From IMG/VR virus record IMGVR_UViG_3300020221_001191: DNA of 20,000 nucleotides; one strand, given 5' to 3'. This document shows positions 1 to 8,731 of this stretch, piece by piece; position 1 is the first letter of the stretch; the number at the start of each line of letters is the position of its first letter. The DNA comes from an uncultured virus (IMG/VR IMGVR_UViG_3300020221_001191) (Duplodnaviria; Heunggongvirae; Uroviricota; Caudoviricetes). The notes below the pieces were generated by a model. That model saw only the letters and a program-made list of their open reading frames with translations. It ran no database searches and had not been told where the DNA came from. The position numbers were made by a program, and so were the translations under genes.

Positions 1-930
1 ACCACGGCAACTCATTTATTGTCAAAATCATTAATCCATAAAAACCCTAACATCAATAACATTATTTGCCCTAATAATGTTTATGTCGCCGCTTGGAATT
101 CATTTTTATATGATAATCATTTTAATTTAAAACCGATTGATACCGACATAAAAACTTGGAATTTTAACGAAGATTTAATCAATCCTAAAAAAAACGACGC
201 CATTTTAGTTGTTCACAATTTAGGTAACATAGTTAATGTACCTAAACTACAGAATAAATTTAAAAACACTTTAATTGTTGAAGATAATTGTGAGGGATTT
301 TTGGGAAAATACGATGACCATTATTCGGGAACTAAATCACTTTGTTCTTCAGTTTCTTTTTTTGGTAATAAGACAATAACAAGTGGTGAAGGAGGTTGTT
401 TTATAACAAACGACGATGAAACATTCGAGTATATAAATAACATCAGAAATCAGGGTCAATCAAGTGAAAAATTTATACATAACAATTTAGGTTATAACTA
501 TAGAATGACCAATATACAAGCAGCAATTCTATATGGTCAGTTAGAGATTATGAATGAAATTATTGATAAGAAAAATGAGATCTTTAATTTGTATCGTGAA
601 AATCTAAAAACGTTGGACAATGTTGAATTTCAAGAAATTGAGTCAGGTACTATTCACTCAAACTGGATGTTTTCACTAAGATTTAATAATATTGATATAG
701 ACATTAAAAGGTCTTTGGAATTGCATCTATATAAAATGGGTGTTGAGACTAGGCCTATGTTTTACTCAATTAATTCACACAAACATTTAAAAAATATAAA
801 ATCAGATAACACCATATCTGACACACTAAATTCACAGGTATTATTATTACCAAGTTCCCCTAATTTGAATAAAGGTCAAGTATTATATATTTGCAGACTA
901 ATAAAAGATTTCTTTAAATTAAAAAAATGA
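1..930 (+). CDS. DegT/DnrJ/EryC1/StrS family PLP-dependent sugar aminotransferase (GDP-perosamine synthase-like), 5'-truncated by the window
   Basis: Frame is open from base 1 (TTATHLLS..., matching the family's 'NGTxAxHL' region). Motifs: IVEDNCE, SFFGNKTITSGEGG (PLP lysine), GYNYRMTNIQAA, GVETRPMF, LLLPSSPNL. Confidence 0.92.
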   Translation, partial: TTATHLLSKSLIHKNPNINNIICPNNVYVAAWNSFLYDNHFNLKPIDTDIKTWNFNEDLINPKKNDAILVVHNLGNIVNVPKLQNKFKNTLIVEDNCEGFLGKYDDHYSGTKSLCSSVSFFGNKTITSGEGGCFITNDDETFEYINNIRNQGQSSEKFIHNNLGYNYRMTNIQAAILYGQLEIMNEIIDKKNEIFNLYRENLKTLDNVEFQEIESGTIHSNWMFSLRFNNIDIDIKRSLELHLYKMGVETRPMFYSINSHKHLKNIKSDNTISDTLNSQVLLLPSSPNLNKGQVLYICRLIKDFFKLKK

Positions 931-1361
931 TAAAAATTTCACACAGAGGTAATATTAATGGTAAATTTGAGTCTTATGAAAACGAACCGAACTACATTGA
1001 TTTAGCAATATCAAAAGGATATGATGTTGAAGTTGACGTTTGGTTTATAGATAATATTCTTTGGTTGGGTCACGATAACCCTCAATACGGGGTTGATTTC
1101 AATTGGTTTAAGGATAGATTATCTAAATTGTGGATACATTGTAAAGACATCGACTCAGTACTATTCTTTAAAGAATGTGGGTATGATTTTAATTATTTTT
1201 GGCACCAAGAAGACCACATAACACTTACCTCTTTAAATTTTATTTGGGCATATCCCGGAAAACAACCAATTAAGGGTAGTATTTCAGTATTACCTGAGAT
1301 TAATAACGAAGATATTAATTTATGTTTAGGTGTGTGTAGTGACTTTATTGAAAATTATTAA
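927..1361 (+). CDS. Small glycerophosphodiester phosphodiesterase (PLC-like/GDPD) fold protein
   Basis: N-terminal ISHRGN, then EN, GYDVEVDVW, LGHD, WIHCK and C-terminal GVCSD, as in minimal GDPD-like proteins. ATGA overlap with the upstream gene. Confidence 0.7.
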   Translation: MIKISHRGNINGKFESYENEPNYIDLAISKGYDVEVDVWFIDNILWLGHDNPQYGVDFNWFKDRLSKLWIHCKDIDSVLFFKECGYDFNYFWHQEDHITLTSLNFIWAYPGKQPIKGSISVLPEINNEDINLCLGVCSDFIENY

Positions 1362-1368
1362 TTTCACC

Positions 1369-2754
1369 ATGTTAAAACAAAAAAAAATTACATCAGAAAA
1401 GGATATTGAGTTACTAAGGAATCACATAGATAATAGCCCAAAAGGAACAAAAACATTTAGGTACTTTCAAAAAAGAGATTTTTCAGTATTACAAAAACAT
1501 AAAATCACTTTTTTATATTTTAATAATGGTAAATGTGTAGGTTATGGGCATTTAGATGAAGAAGATGGTAATGTATGGTTAGGGGTGATAGTTTTTGACG
1601 GAAATAATGGTATGGGGTATGGTAAATATATTGTCGAATCGTTGATTAATTCTTATAATGGTGATATACTTTTATCTGTAGATAAGGACAATATTATGGC
1701 ACTAAAAATCTACAAAAATTTAAATTTTAAAATAATTAAGGAAAACGAAAAATCATATATAATGAAAAAATCTAAAAAAAATAAAGCATTAATTACAGGT
1801 ATAAATGGCCAAGACGGTTCTTACTTGGCAGAACTTTTAGTAGAAAAAGGTTATGAAGTTTGGGGTACAGTTAAAAGAAATTCAGTATCAGAAACACAAT
1901 CAACAAGAATTGATCATTTAAGAGACGACAATAAAATTACTTTAGAGTATGCTGACTTAACGGATATGGCCTCATTAATTAGGGTTTTGAAGATGGTTCA
2001 ACCAGATGAGGTTTATAACTTAGCCGCTCAATCTCATGTTAGAATATCATTTGATCAACCGATATACACCGCGAACGCAACGGGATTAGGTACATTAAAT
2101 ATGTTAGAAGCGGTTAGAATGGTTTCACCACACTCTAAAATTTATCAAGCTTCTTCTTCAGAAATGTTTGGAAATAACATAGATAGTGACGGGTACCAAA
2201 GGGAAACTACACCCATGAATCCGGTTTCGCCGTATGGGTGTGCTAAAGTTTTTTCATATAATATATGTAGAAATTATAGAAACTCTTATGGTATGAAAAT
2301 ATGGAATGGAATTTTGTTCAATCATGAATCACCAAGACGAGGAACTAACTTTGTAACAAATAAAGTAGTTAAAGCCGCAGTAAGAATTAGTTTAGGTTTA
2401 CAAGACAAATTACATATTGGTAATTTATCAGCAACAAGAGATTGGGGTCACGCAAAAGATTATGTTTATGCAATGTGGTTAATGTTACAAACCGAAAAAC
2501 CTGATGATTATGTTTGTGCGACAGGTATTTCACATTCAGTAAAAGACTTATGTGAATACGTATTTAGTTCATTAGGTTTAAATTATTTAGAATATATTGT
2601 TGTTGACGAAAAACATTTTAGACCCGAAGAGTTAGAAAACCTTAAAGGTGATTCATCAAAATTAAGAAAATATTTAATGTGGCAACCTGAATACACATTT
2701 GAAACAATGTTAGCTGAAATGATTAAATATTGGTTAAAATATTATGGAAAATAA
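1369..2754 (+). CDS. gmd: Fusion: N-terminal GNAT acetyltransferase + GDP-mannose 4,6-dehydratase
   Basis: Probable ATG at 1369. GNAT motifs VGYGHL, WLGVIV...NGMGYGKYIV, LSVDKDNIMALKIYKNLNF. Gmd domain from about 1762: ALITGINGQDGSYLAE, YNLAAQSHV, YQASSSEMFG, SPYGCAK, GILFNHESPRRG, RDWGHAKDYV. No stop between the domains. Confidence 0.93.
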   Translation: MLKQKKITSEKDIELLRNHIDNSPKGTKTFRYFQKRDFSVLQKHKITFLYFNNGKCVGYGHLDEEDGNVWLGVIVFDGNNGMGYGKYIVESLINSYNGDILLSVDKDNIMALKIYKNLNFKIIKENEKSYIMKKSKKNKALITGINGQDGSYLAELLVEKGYEVWGTVKRNSVSETQSTRIDHLRDDNKITLEYADLTDMASLIRVLKMVQPDEVYNLAAQSHVRISFDQPIYTANATGLGTLNMLEAVRMVSPHSKIYQASSSEMFGNNIDSDGYQRETTPMNPVSPYGCAKVFSYNICRNYRNSYGMKIWNGILFNHESPRRGTNFVTNKVVKAAVRISLGLQDKLHIGNLSATRDWGHAKDYVYAMWLMLQTEKPDDYVCATGISHSVKDLCEYVFSSLGLNYLEYIVVDEKHFRPEELENLKGDSSKLRKYLMWQPEYTFETMLAEMIKYWLKYYGK

Positions 2755-3661
2755 AATTTTAGTAACAGGCGGTCATGGTTTGGTTGGGTCTGAATTTATT
2801 GGTGACCAATATTTCAAACCAACTTCTAAAGAATATGATTTAAGAAATCCACAAGAAGTTAATAGATTAATGTTAAAGAATTTTGATAGTGTAATACATA
2901 CTGCGGGAAAAGTAGGTGGGTTAGGTGGTAATATGAATCATAAAGGAGAATTTTTTTATGACAACATAATGATAAACACTAACGTAATAGAGTCTTCAAG
3001 ACTTACAAAAGTAAAAAATTTAGTGGCATTTTTGTCAACATGTGTATTCCCCGATAATGTAGAATATCCCTTAACTGAGAAAAAAGTTCATTTGGGTCCA
3101 CCCCACTTTTCTAATGACGCATATGCATATGCTAAAAGAATGACCGATATTCAAATAACAGCATATAAAGAACAGTATGGATTAAATTATAAATCAGTTA
3201 TACCATCAAATATCTATGGTCCTAATGATAATTACGATATTATTAATGGTCATGTTATACCGTCACTAATTCACAAATGTTATCTTGCAAGAGAAAATAA
3301 AACCCCTCTTAAAATATGGGGATCAGGAAATCCGCTAAGAGAATTTATTTTTAGTAAAGATGTTGCAAAATTAACTGAATGGGCGCTGTTTAATTACAAT
3401 GAAAATGAACCAATAATACTTTCAACATCAGAAGAAATATCAATTAAAGAGATTGTTAATATTATTATTGAGCTGATGAATTTTAAAGGTGAAGTAATGT
3501 TTGATTCATCTAAACCTGATGGTCAACATAGAAAACCTTCTGACAATTCTAAAATAAAAAATTATTTACCTGAATTTAAGTTCACTCCTATATATGAAGG
3601 GTTAAAAGAAACTATTGAATTTTTCGAAAACAATTATAGTTTTGTAAGAAAAAATGGATAA
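2744..3661 (+). CDS. fcl: GDP-L-fucose synthase (GDP-4-keto-6-deoxymannose epimerase/reductase)
   Basis: ILVTGGHGLVGS Rossmann motif, AGKVGGLGGN, FLSTCVFP, YAYAKR (YxxxK), NIYGPNDNY, HVIPSLIHK, WGSGNPLREF, KPDGQ. Directly follows gmd. Confidence 0.92.
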   Translation: MENKILVTGGHGLVGSEFIGDQYFKPTSKEYDLRNPQEVNRLMLKNFDSVIHTAGKVGGLGGNMNHKGEFFYDNIMINTNVIESSRLTKVKNLVAFLSTCVFPDNVEYPLTEKKVHLGPPHFSNDAYAYAKRMTDIQITAYKEQYGLNYKSVIPSNIYGPNDNYDIINGHVIPSLIHKCYLARENKTPLKIWGSGNPLREFIFSKDVAKLTEWALFNYNENEPIILSTSEEISIKEIVNIIIELMNFKGEVMFDSSKPDGQHRKPSDNSKIKNYLPEFKFTPIYEGLKETIEFFENNYSFVRKNG

Positions 3662-4100
3662 ACAAAACAGAACTATAGGTATTACTTGTTCAACATTTGA
3701 TCTTTTACACGCAGGCCATATAATAATGTTAGAAGAGTGTAAAAAATATTGTGACTATCTAATATGCGCACTACAAATAGATCCAACAATTGATAGACCA
3801 GAAAAAAACAAACCAATACAGACTTTGGTTGAAAGATATATTCAATTAGATGCAGTAAAACACGTAGATAAAATTATACCATATAATTCGGAGGAAGAGC
3901 TCGAATCAATATTTTTATCTTTAGATTTAGATGTTAGGATAATAGGTGAAGAATATAAAGAAAAGGACTTTACGGCAAAAAACATTTGTCAAAAAAGAGG
4001 CATAAAGTTCGCCTATAACAAGAGAGATCATAATTTTTCATCTACTAACTTAAGAAATTTAATTTATGACCAAGAAACATCCAAAAGATTTGTAAGATAA
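3654..4100 (+). CDS. Cytidylyltransferase family protein (glycerol-3-phosphate cytidylyltransferase TagD-like)
   Basis: TFDLLHAGH (HxGH), ER...L.AVKHVD.IIPY, IGEEY, RDHNFSST. Confidence 0.85.
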   Translation: MDKQNRTIGITCSTFDLLHAGHIIMLEECKKYCDYLICALQIDPTIDRPEKNKPIQTLVERYIQLDAVKHVDKIIPYNSEEELESIFLSLDLDVRIIGEEYKEKDFTAKNICQKRGIKFAYNKRDHNFSSTNLRNLIYDQETSKRFVR

Positions 4101-4104
4101 AATT

Positions 4105-4836
4105 ATGCAAAAAAGAAAAATAAACACGACAACCGAGGATACTAAAACTCCACAATCAAAAAAAGAGTTCATAAACACGGTAGTAAAGAAAAAACAAAGA
4201 AGTAAGTTTCTTACTGAAAATCAAAAAGAATATTACGATAGATTAATCACGAATCAAATCACAATATGTTCGGGACCAGCTGGTGTTGGTAAAAGTTATA
4301 TTGCAATGAAGGCCGCAGTTGATCTTTTATTAGACGATGGAAACGCATATGAAAAAATTATAATTGTAAGGCCTGCGGTTGAGGCAGAGGAAAAACTTGG
4401 TTCACTGCCTGGAAACTTAGAAGAAAAATTAGATCCTTACATCTTCCCATCTTATTATTTATTGAATAAAATTATTGGTAAAGATGAGAGAGAAAAATTG
4501 AAGGAACATGAAATAATAGAAGTATTTGCTTTAGCATATATGAGAGGTATGAATATAGATAATTCGATTTTAATTTTCGAAGAAGCCCAAAACTCAACCC
4601 CCAATCAGATGAAACTCCTTCTTACTAGAATTGGATTCAATAGTAAGTTTTTTATATCTGGAGACATTGAACAAACTGATAGATATAAAGACAAAAAACA
4701 ATCAGGTTTATACGATGCTTTAACAAGATTCAAAGGGGTAAACGGAATAGGTATTTTTGAATTTGGAGAAAAAGATGGAGTAAGAAACCCAATTATTACA
4801 AAAATATTACAAAAATATGATGAGGATAGGCATTGA
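4105..4836 (+). CDS. phoH: PhoH family ATPase
   Basis: Walker A GPAGVGKS, IIIVRPAVEAEEKLGSLPG, LAYMRG, EEAQN, LLTRIG, SGDIEQTD, VRNPII. Confidence 0.93.
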   Translation: MQKRKINTTTEDTKTPQSKKEFINTVVKKKQRSKFLTENQKEYYDRLITNQITICSGPAGVGKSYIAMKAAVDLLLDDGNAYEKIIIVRPAVEAEEKLGSLPGNLEEKLDPYIFPSYYLLNKIIGKDEREKLKEHEIIEVFALAYMRGMNIDNSILIFEEAQNSTPNQMKLLLTRIGFNSKFFISGDIEQTDRYKDKKQSGLYDALTRFKGVNGIGIFEFGEKDGVRNPIITKILQKYDEDRH

Positions 4837-5479
4837 TATCAATGGTGTTTTAAGAGATACAATTGGAAAATTTTCTCAACTTTATGAGAAACATTTAATT
4901 GAATCTGATGATAAAGATGTTGTTCACAACACTTATGAATTAGATATGTCTGGAAATACACAGATTATTAACAATCTTACGGAAAAGTTTGACTATAAAA
5001 TTATTTCGGAAGTTGATTCTCTAAATTTAGAAAACCATTTTGCGTTCAAAAACAAAGACGAGTTGTTTAATTTTATGTATGAAGAATACTCTATGGAATT
5101 ATTTGGTCATGCACCATCCACCGAAATGACGACTTTCAATATTTTAAACGATTTATATTTCAATTTGAGAAACGAGAACGAATTAGTAGTTGTCTCGAGC
5201 GAAATCGGAAAATCTAAACCATCTTCTCTTTTTTTTCTTTCTAAATTTGGATGTTTGTTAGAAAAAATATTTTTTTTCAGTGAGATCACAAAAAATAACA
5301 TGTGGAATCAAATAGATGTTTTACTTACCGCAGATCCTAATCTATTATTAGAAAAACCAAAAGGAAAAATTGTAATACAATTCAATACTTCCTACAATAA
5401 ACATGTTCAATCAGATTTACAAATAGACAGATTATGTGAATTTGAAGAAATTTTAAAAAAAATAAAGAAAAATGTTTAA
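4817..5479 (+). CDS. HAD-superfamily 5'(3')-deoxyribonucleotidase-like protein (variant motif I)
   Basis: N-terminal RIGIDINGVLRD resembles HAD motif I (IxIDxDGVLxD). C-terminal FNTSYNKH resembles the NT5C-type 'xxxYN' motif. Confidence 0.55.
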   Translation: MMRIGIDINGVLRDTIGKFSQLYEKHLIESDDKDVVHNTYELDMSGNTQIINNLTEKFDYKIISEVDSLNLENHFAFKNKDELFNFMYEEYSMELFGHAPSTEMTTFNILNDLYFNLRNENELVVVSSEIGKSKPSSLFFLSKFGCLLEKIFFFSEITKNNMWNQIDVLLTADPNLLLEKPKGKIVIQFNTSYNKHVQSDLQIDRLCEFEEILKKIKKNV

Positions 5480-5726
5480 AATTTTAGGAGAAAATTACTA
5501 TGTCGATTTAGATAAAATCGAAAAAGAAGTTGAAATTATGAATTTGACAGGTGAATCCCAAATTCATTTAGTCAAATATGAAATGATTAAAAATATGTTG
5601 GAGACTGTTTTAACCGAAAATGAAACTGTGGATGAGAATATGGGATTTAAAACAAATGAAGTTACCATTCCATTTAAAATTTCATTTAACACTCTCTTAA
5701 TAAAAAAAATAATAAATAAATTATAA
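5472..5726 (+). CDS. Hypothetical protein (84 aa)
   Basis: Overlap-coupled ORF within the operon. No recognisable motif. Confidence 0.7.
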   Translation: MFKILGENYYVDLDKIEKEVEIMNLTGESQIHLVKYEMIKNMLETVLTENETVDENMGFKTNEVTIPFKISFNTLLIKKIINKL

Positions 5727-5731
5727 TTAAT

Positions 5732-6790
5732 ATGAATGAAGAACAAATTAAAAAATTAGAAAAATCTATCGACAACATGAAAGAAAAGTTGTCACGGATT
5801 TATTTTATTGTGCAAGACACAAAAGGTAACGCTAAAGCATCGATAAGATACATTTATCAAATGGCTTTGACTTTAAAAAGAAACGGTTACAATTCCATTA
5901 TCCTTCATGAAAAACCAGATTATTTTGGTGTTTCTTCTTGGTTAGGTGAAGAATATATGTTAGAATTAGAACATAGAGCAATCGAAGGAACAAGTTTAGA
6001 AATTTCCCCTGATGATTTAATTATCATTCCTGAAATATATGGATTCATAATGGATCAAATCACAAAACTTCCTTGTGGTAAAGTTGTTTTATGTCAGGCT
6101 TTTGATCACATATTTGAAACTTTACAACCAGGTCAAACTTGGAGTCAATTAGGGTTTTACAAATGTATTACAACTTCAGAAAAACAAAAAGAATTAATCG
6201 AGGGTGTTATGAGACAAATTTCAGTTGATGTAATTTCCCCTTATATTTCCGATAATTTTCAAAAAAATACATTCCCACCAAAAACTGTCGTAAATATTCA
6301 CACTCGTGATCATAGAGATACAACAAATCTTATCAAAACTTTTTATGCTAAATTTCCACAATATAGATGGATCACATTTAGAGATTTGAGAGGACTGTCT
6401 GAAGAAGAATTCTCCTTAGCAATGAAAGACAGTTTTATTTCTGTTTGGATAGATCAAACAAGTTCTTTTGGGACATTTCCATTAGAATCTATGAAAATGG
6501 GAATTCCTGTATTAGGTTTGGTTCCTGATCATGTACCAACATGGATGAATGAAGACAATGGGCTTTGGATGAATAATAAAACAATTATAGTTGATGTTCT
6601 TTCCGACTTTATTCAAAATTGGTTAGAAGACAATTTAAATCCAGAGTTGTTTTCTAACATGGAATCGACAATTAATTCAATTTCAAACTCACAAAAATTT
6701 GAAACGGATACTTTAGAACTTTTTAGTAAAATGTTCGAAAGCAGAATAACTTCATTTGAAGATCAACTTGAAAAATTACAAACAATTTAA
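5732..6790 (+). CDS. GT-B fold glycosyltransferase (GT4-like)
   Basis: C-terminal SSFGTFPLESMKMGIPVLG resembles the GT4 'EgFGlpxlEAMaxGxPVi' motif. DDLIIIPE and VVLCQ in the N-terminal domain. Confidence 0.7.
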   Translation: MNEEQIKKLEKSIDNMKEKLSRIYFIVQDTKGNAKASIRYIYQMALTLKRNGYNSIILHEKPDYFGVSSWLGEEYMLELEHRAIEGTSLEISPDDLIIIPEIYGFIMDQITKLPCGKVVLCQAFDHIFETLQPGQTWSQLGFYKCITTSEKQKELIEGVMRQISVDVISPYISDNFQKNTFPPKTVVNIHTRDHRDTTNLIKTFYAKFPQYRWITFRDLRGLSEEEFSLAMKDSFISVWIDQTSSFGTFPLESMKMGIPVLGLVPDHVPTWMNEDNGLWMNNKTIIVDVLSDFIQNWLEDNLNPELFSNMESTINSISNSQKFETDTLELFSKMFESRITSFEDQLEKLQTI

Positions 6791-6792
6791 TT

Positions 6793-7599
6793 ATGAGCAA
6801 CAAAAATAAAATATCAGTTATTTTACCAATTAAATCAGGTAAAGCAATCGACTTTCAAGAATTTTTTGATAAGTGTATCCAATCTGTCAAAAATCAAGGA
6901 GATTTTTTAGGTGAACTAATAATCGTTCACGGATCAGAAGAATATTTAACTAACTTTTTAGATAAGTATGATTTCAGTGGTCTAACTGTAGTCAAAGAAG
7001 TATGGACAACCAAACCAAATTTTGCGAAACAAGTAAACAAGGGTGTTGAAATCGCAAAAAATGAATGGTGTTCGATCGTGGAATTTGATGACGAATATTC
7101 GAATATTTGGTTCAAAAACGTAATTAAATATATGAATATTTATAAAGATGTAGATGCGTTCTTACCTATAGTAGTTGACGTTGATGATAAGTTGGTATTT
7201 GCTGGATTTACTAATGAAGCAACTTTTGCGGCTAATGTATCAACTGACATGGGAATTTTGAGCAACGAAACATTACAAACTTATCAAAATTTTCAGACAT
7301 CAGGTATGGTTTTCAAAAAACAAAAATACCAAGAAGTTGGTGGTTTGAAATCCAATATCAAACTAACTTTTGGTTATGAATTATTTTTACGTCTTACACA
7401 CTACTCAGCACGAATTATGACAATACCTCGTATTGGTTACAAACATATTAACTTAAGAGAAGGATCAATTTTTTGGAACTACAAAAACGGTGACGACAGA
7501 TTGGATCAGGAAGAAGCAAGATTTTGGATCGAGACGGCAAAAAAAGAATTTTTTTTCAAAAACGAAAGGGATATAAATTATGAACCACAAGAAATTTGA
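6793..7599 (+). CDS. GT-A fold glycosyltransferase family 2
   Basis: KISVILPI start, CIQSVKNQ, ELIIV, NFAKQVNKGVEIAKNEW, EFDDEY (DxD-like), YQEVGGL. Confidence 0.8.
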   Translation: MSNKNKISVILPIKSGKAIDFQEFFDKCIQSVKNQGDFLGELIIVHGSEEYLTNFLDKYDFSGLTVVKEVWTTKPNFAKQVNKGVEIAKNEWCSIVEFDDEYSNIWFKNVIKYMNIYKDVDAFLPIVVDVDDKLVFAGFTNEATFAANVSTDMGILSNETLQTYQNFQTSGMVFKKQKYQEVGGLKSNIKLTFGYELFLRLTHYSARIMTIPRIGYKHINLREGSIFWNYKNGDDRLDQEEARFWIETAKKEFFFKNERDINYEPQEI

Positions 7600-8342
7600 T
7601 AGTAGTAAATGAAACTGAAATTATAAACAAAAAGAAAAAGAAAGGTAGAAAACCAAAAGTTAATAATTATTTTGATGAAAGAGAGGAGACGGCAGTTAGA
7701 AATTTTTTAGTCGCCGAAACTTACGATGAAAAAAACAAAATTTATAACGATTATTTAAGAGTACCTTTAGACAAAATGATATCTTCAATTATTAGAAGAT
7801 ATAAATTGTATAGGAAGGATATGAACTACGAAGAAATACACGTAGATACACATTCTTTTTTGATGACTAAAATTGAAAAATTTAAACCTTCAAAAGAAAA
7901 AAAGGCATATTCTTATTTCGGAACTATTTGTAAAAACTATTTGATGGGACAAATAATGAAAGATCAAAAAGAAACAAATAGAAAAATATCATACGAGGAT
8001 ATTTCTAGTGATTTATCAAACAAAAGTGAAATGTCTTATTCAATTGATAATTATGACTTGAGTTCAGAAACTATCATTAAAAAGTTTTTAGAAAAATTAA
8101 AGAATAATTTGGAAAATCAAGAAATCAATGAACAAGAATATAAATTAGGTTCAGCAATTTACGATCTATTTGAAAATTACAATCAAATTTTTCATGACAC
8201 CTCAAACAATAAATTTAATAAAAATTTAATTCTTTTTGAACTCAGAGAAATGACAAATCTTTCTACTAAAGAAATCAGAACTTTGATTAAAAAATATAAA
8301 AAATTGTATTATGATTTAATCCAAGAATTACTTAAAGATTAA
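7596..8342 (+). CDS. Phage RNA polymerase sigma factor-like protein (T4 gp55 late sigma-like)
   Basis: NNYF near the N-terminus and KIEKFKPSKEKKAYSYFGTICKNYL resemble sigma region 2 of gp55-like proteins (..FD....NPFAYFT.I..NAF). Start codon uncertain (TTG overlapping the upstream stop). Confidence 0.6.
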   Translation: MIVVNETEIINKKKKKGRKPKVNNYFDEREETAVRNFLVAETYDEKNKIYNDYLRVPLDKMISSIIRRYKLYRKDMNYEEIHVDTHSFLMTKIEKFKPSKEKKAYSYFGTICKNYLMGQIMKDQKETNRKISYEDISSDLSNKSEMSYSIDNYDLSSETIIKKFLEKLKNNLENQEINEQEYKLGSAIYDLFENYNQIFHDTSNNKFNKNLILFELREMTNLSTKEIRTLIKKYKKLYYDLIQELLKD

Positions 8343-8349
8343 TATTTAT
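8342..8349 (+). promoter_or_regulatory. ATATTTAT motif, candidate late promoter
   Basis: 4 nt upstream of ATG 8354. The same motif precedes four other genes. Confidence 0.45.
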
Positions 8350-8353
8350 TATT

Positions 8354-8725
8354 ATGCCCCGACCAACAAAAAAAGAAATTAATTTATCAAAAGAATCAAT
8401 GTTGTCTTTGATGCAAGAAATTTATAACGAACTTGTAGAACAAAGAAGTACTGCGATTAGAATACAAAACAAAATGTTAACAATGATGAAAGAACCTGAA
8501 GATATGACTGTGATAGGTCCTGTGATTGAAAAACAACAAAAAATCATAAATGATTGTGTTGAGAAAAAACTAACTTTGTCAAAATTACAAGCGCAAATGT
8601 GGCAAAAATCCACAGACAAAGAAGAAGATTTTACTCTGTCAGATATAGACATGAATGATCTTGCAATCCAAAGTTTATTACAAAAAGATATCAATACGGA
8701 CTCAAATTATAAAATGAAAAAATAA
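8354..8725 (+). CDS. Hypothetical helical/coiled-coil protein (123 aa)
   Basis: ATG-started ORF in gene-dense context with heptad-like Q/E/K/L pattern. Confidence 0.75.
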   Translation: MPRPTKKEINLSKESMLSLMQEIYNELVEQRSTAIRIQNKMLTMMKEPEDMTVIGPVIEKQQKIINDCVEKKLTLSKLQAQMWQKSTDKEEDFTLSDIDMNDLAIQSLLQKDINTDSNYKMKK

Positions 8726-8731
8726 TGTTTT

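Noticed and set aside
1..7599. Bacterial O-antigen or capsule locus flanking a prophage
   Set aside because: No wzx, wzy or transporter genes, no integrase or att site. The cassette includes phage-type PhoH and runs without a break into phage genes. A chimera cannot be fully excluded without reads.
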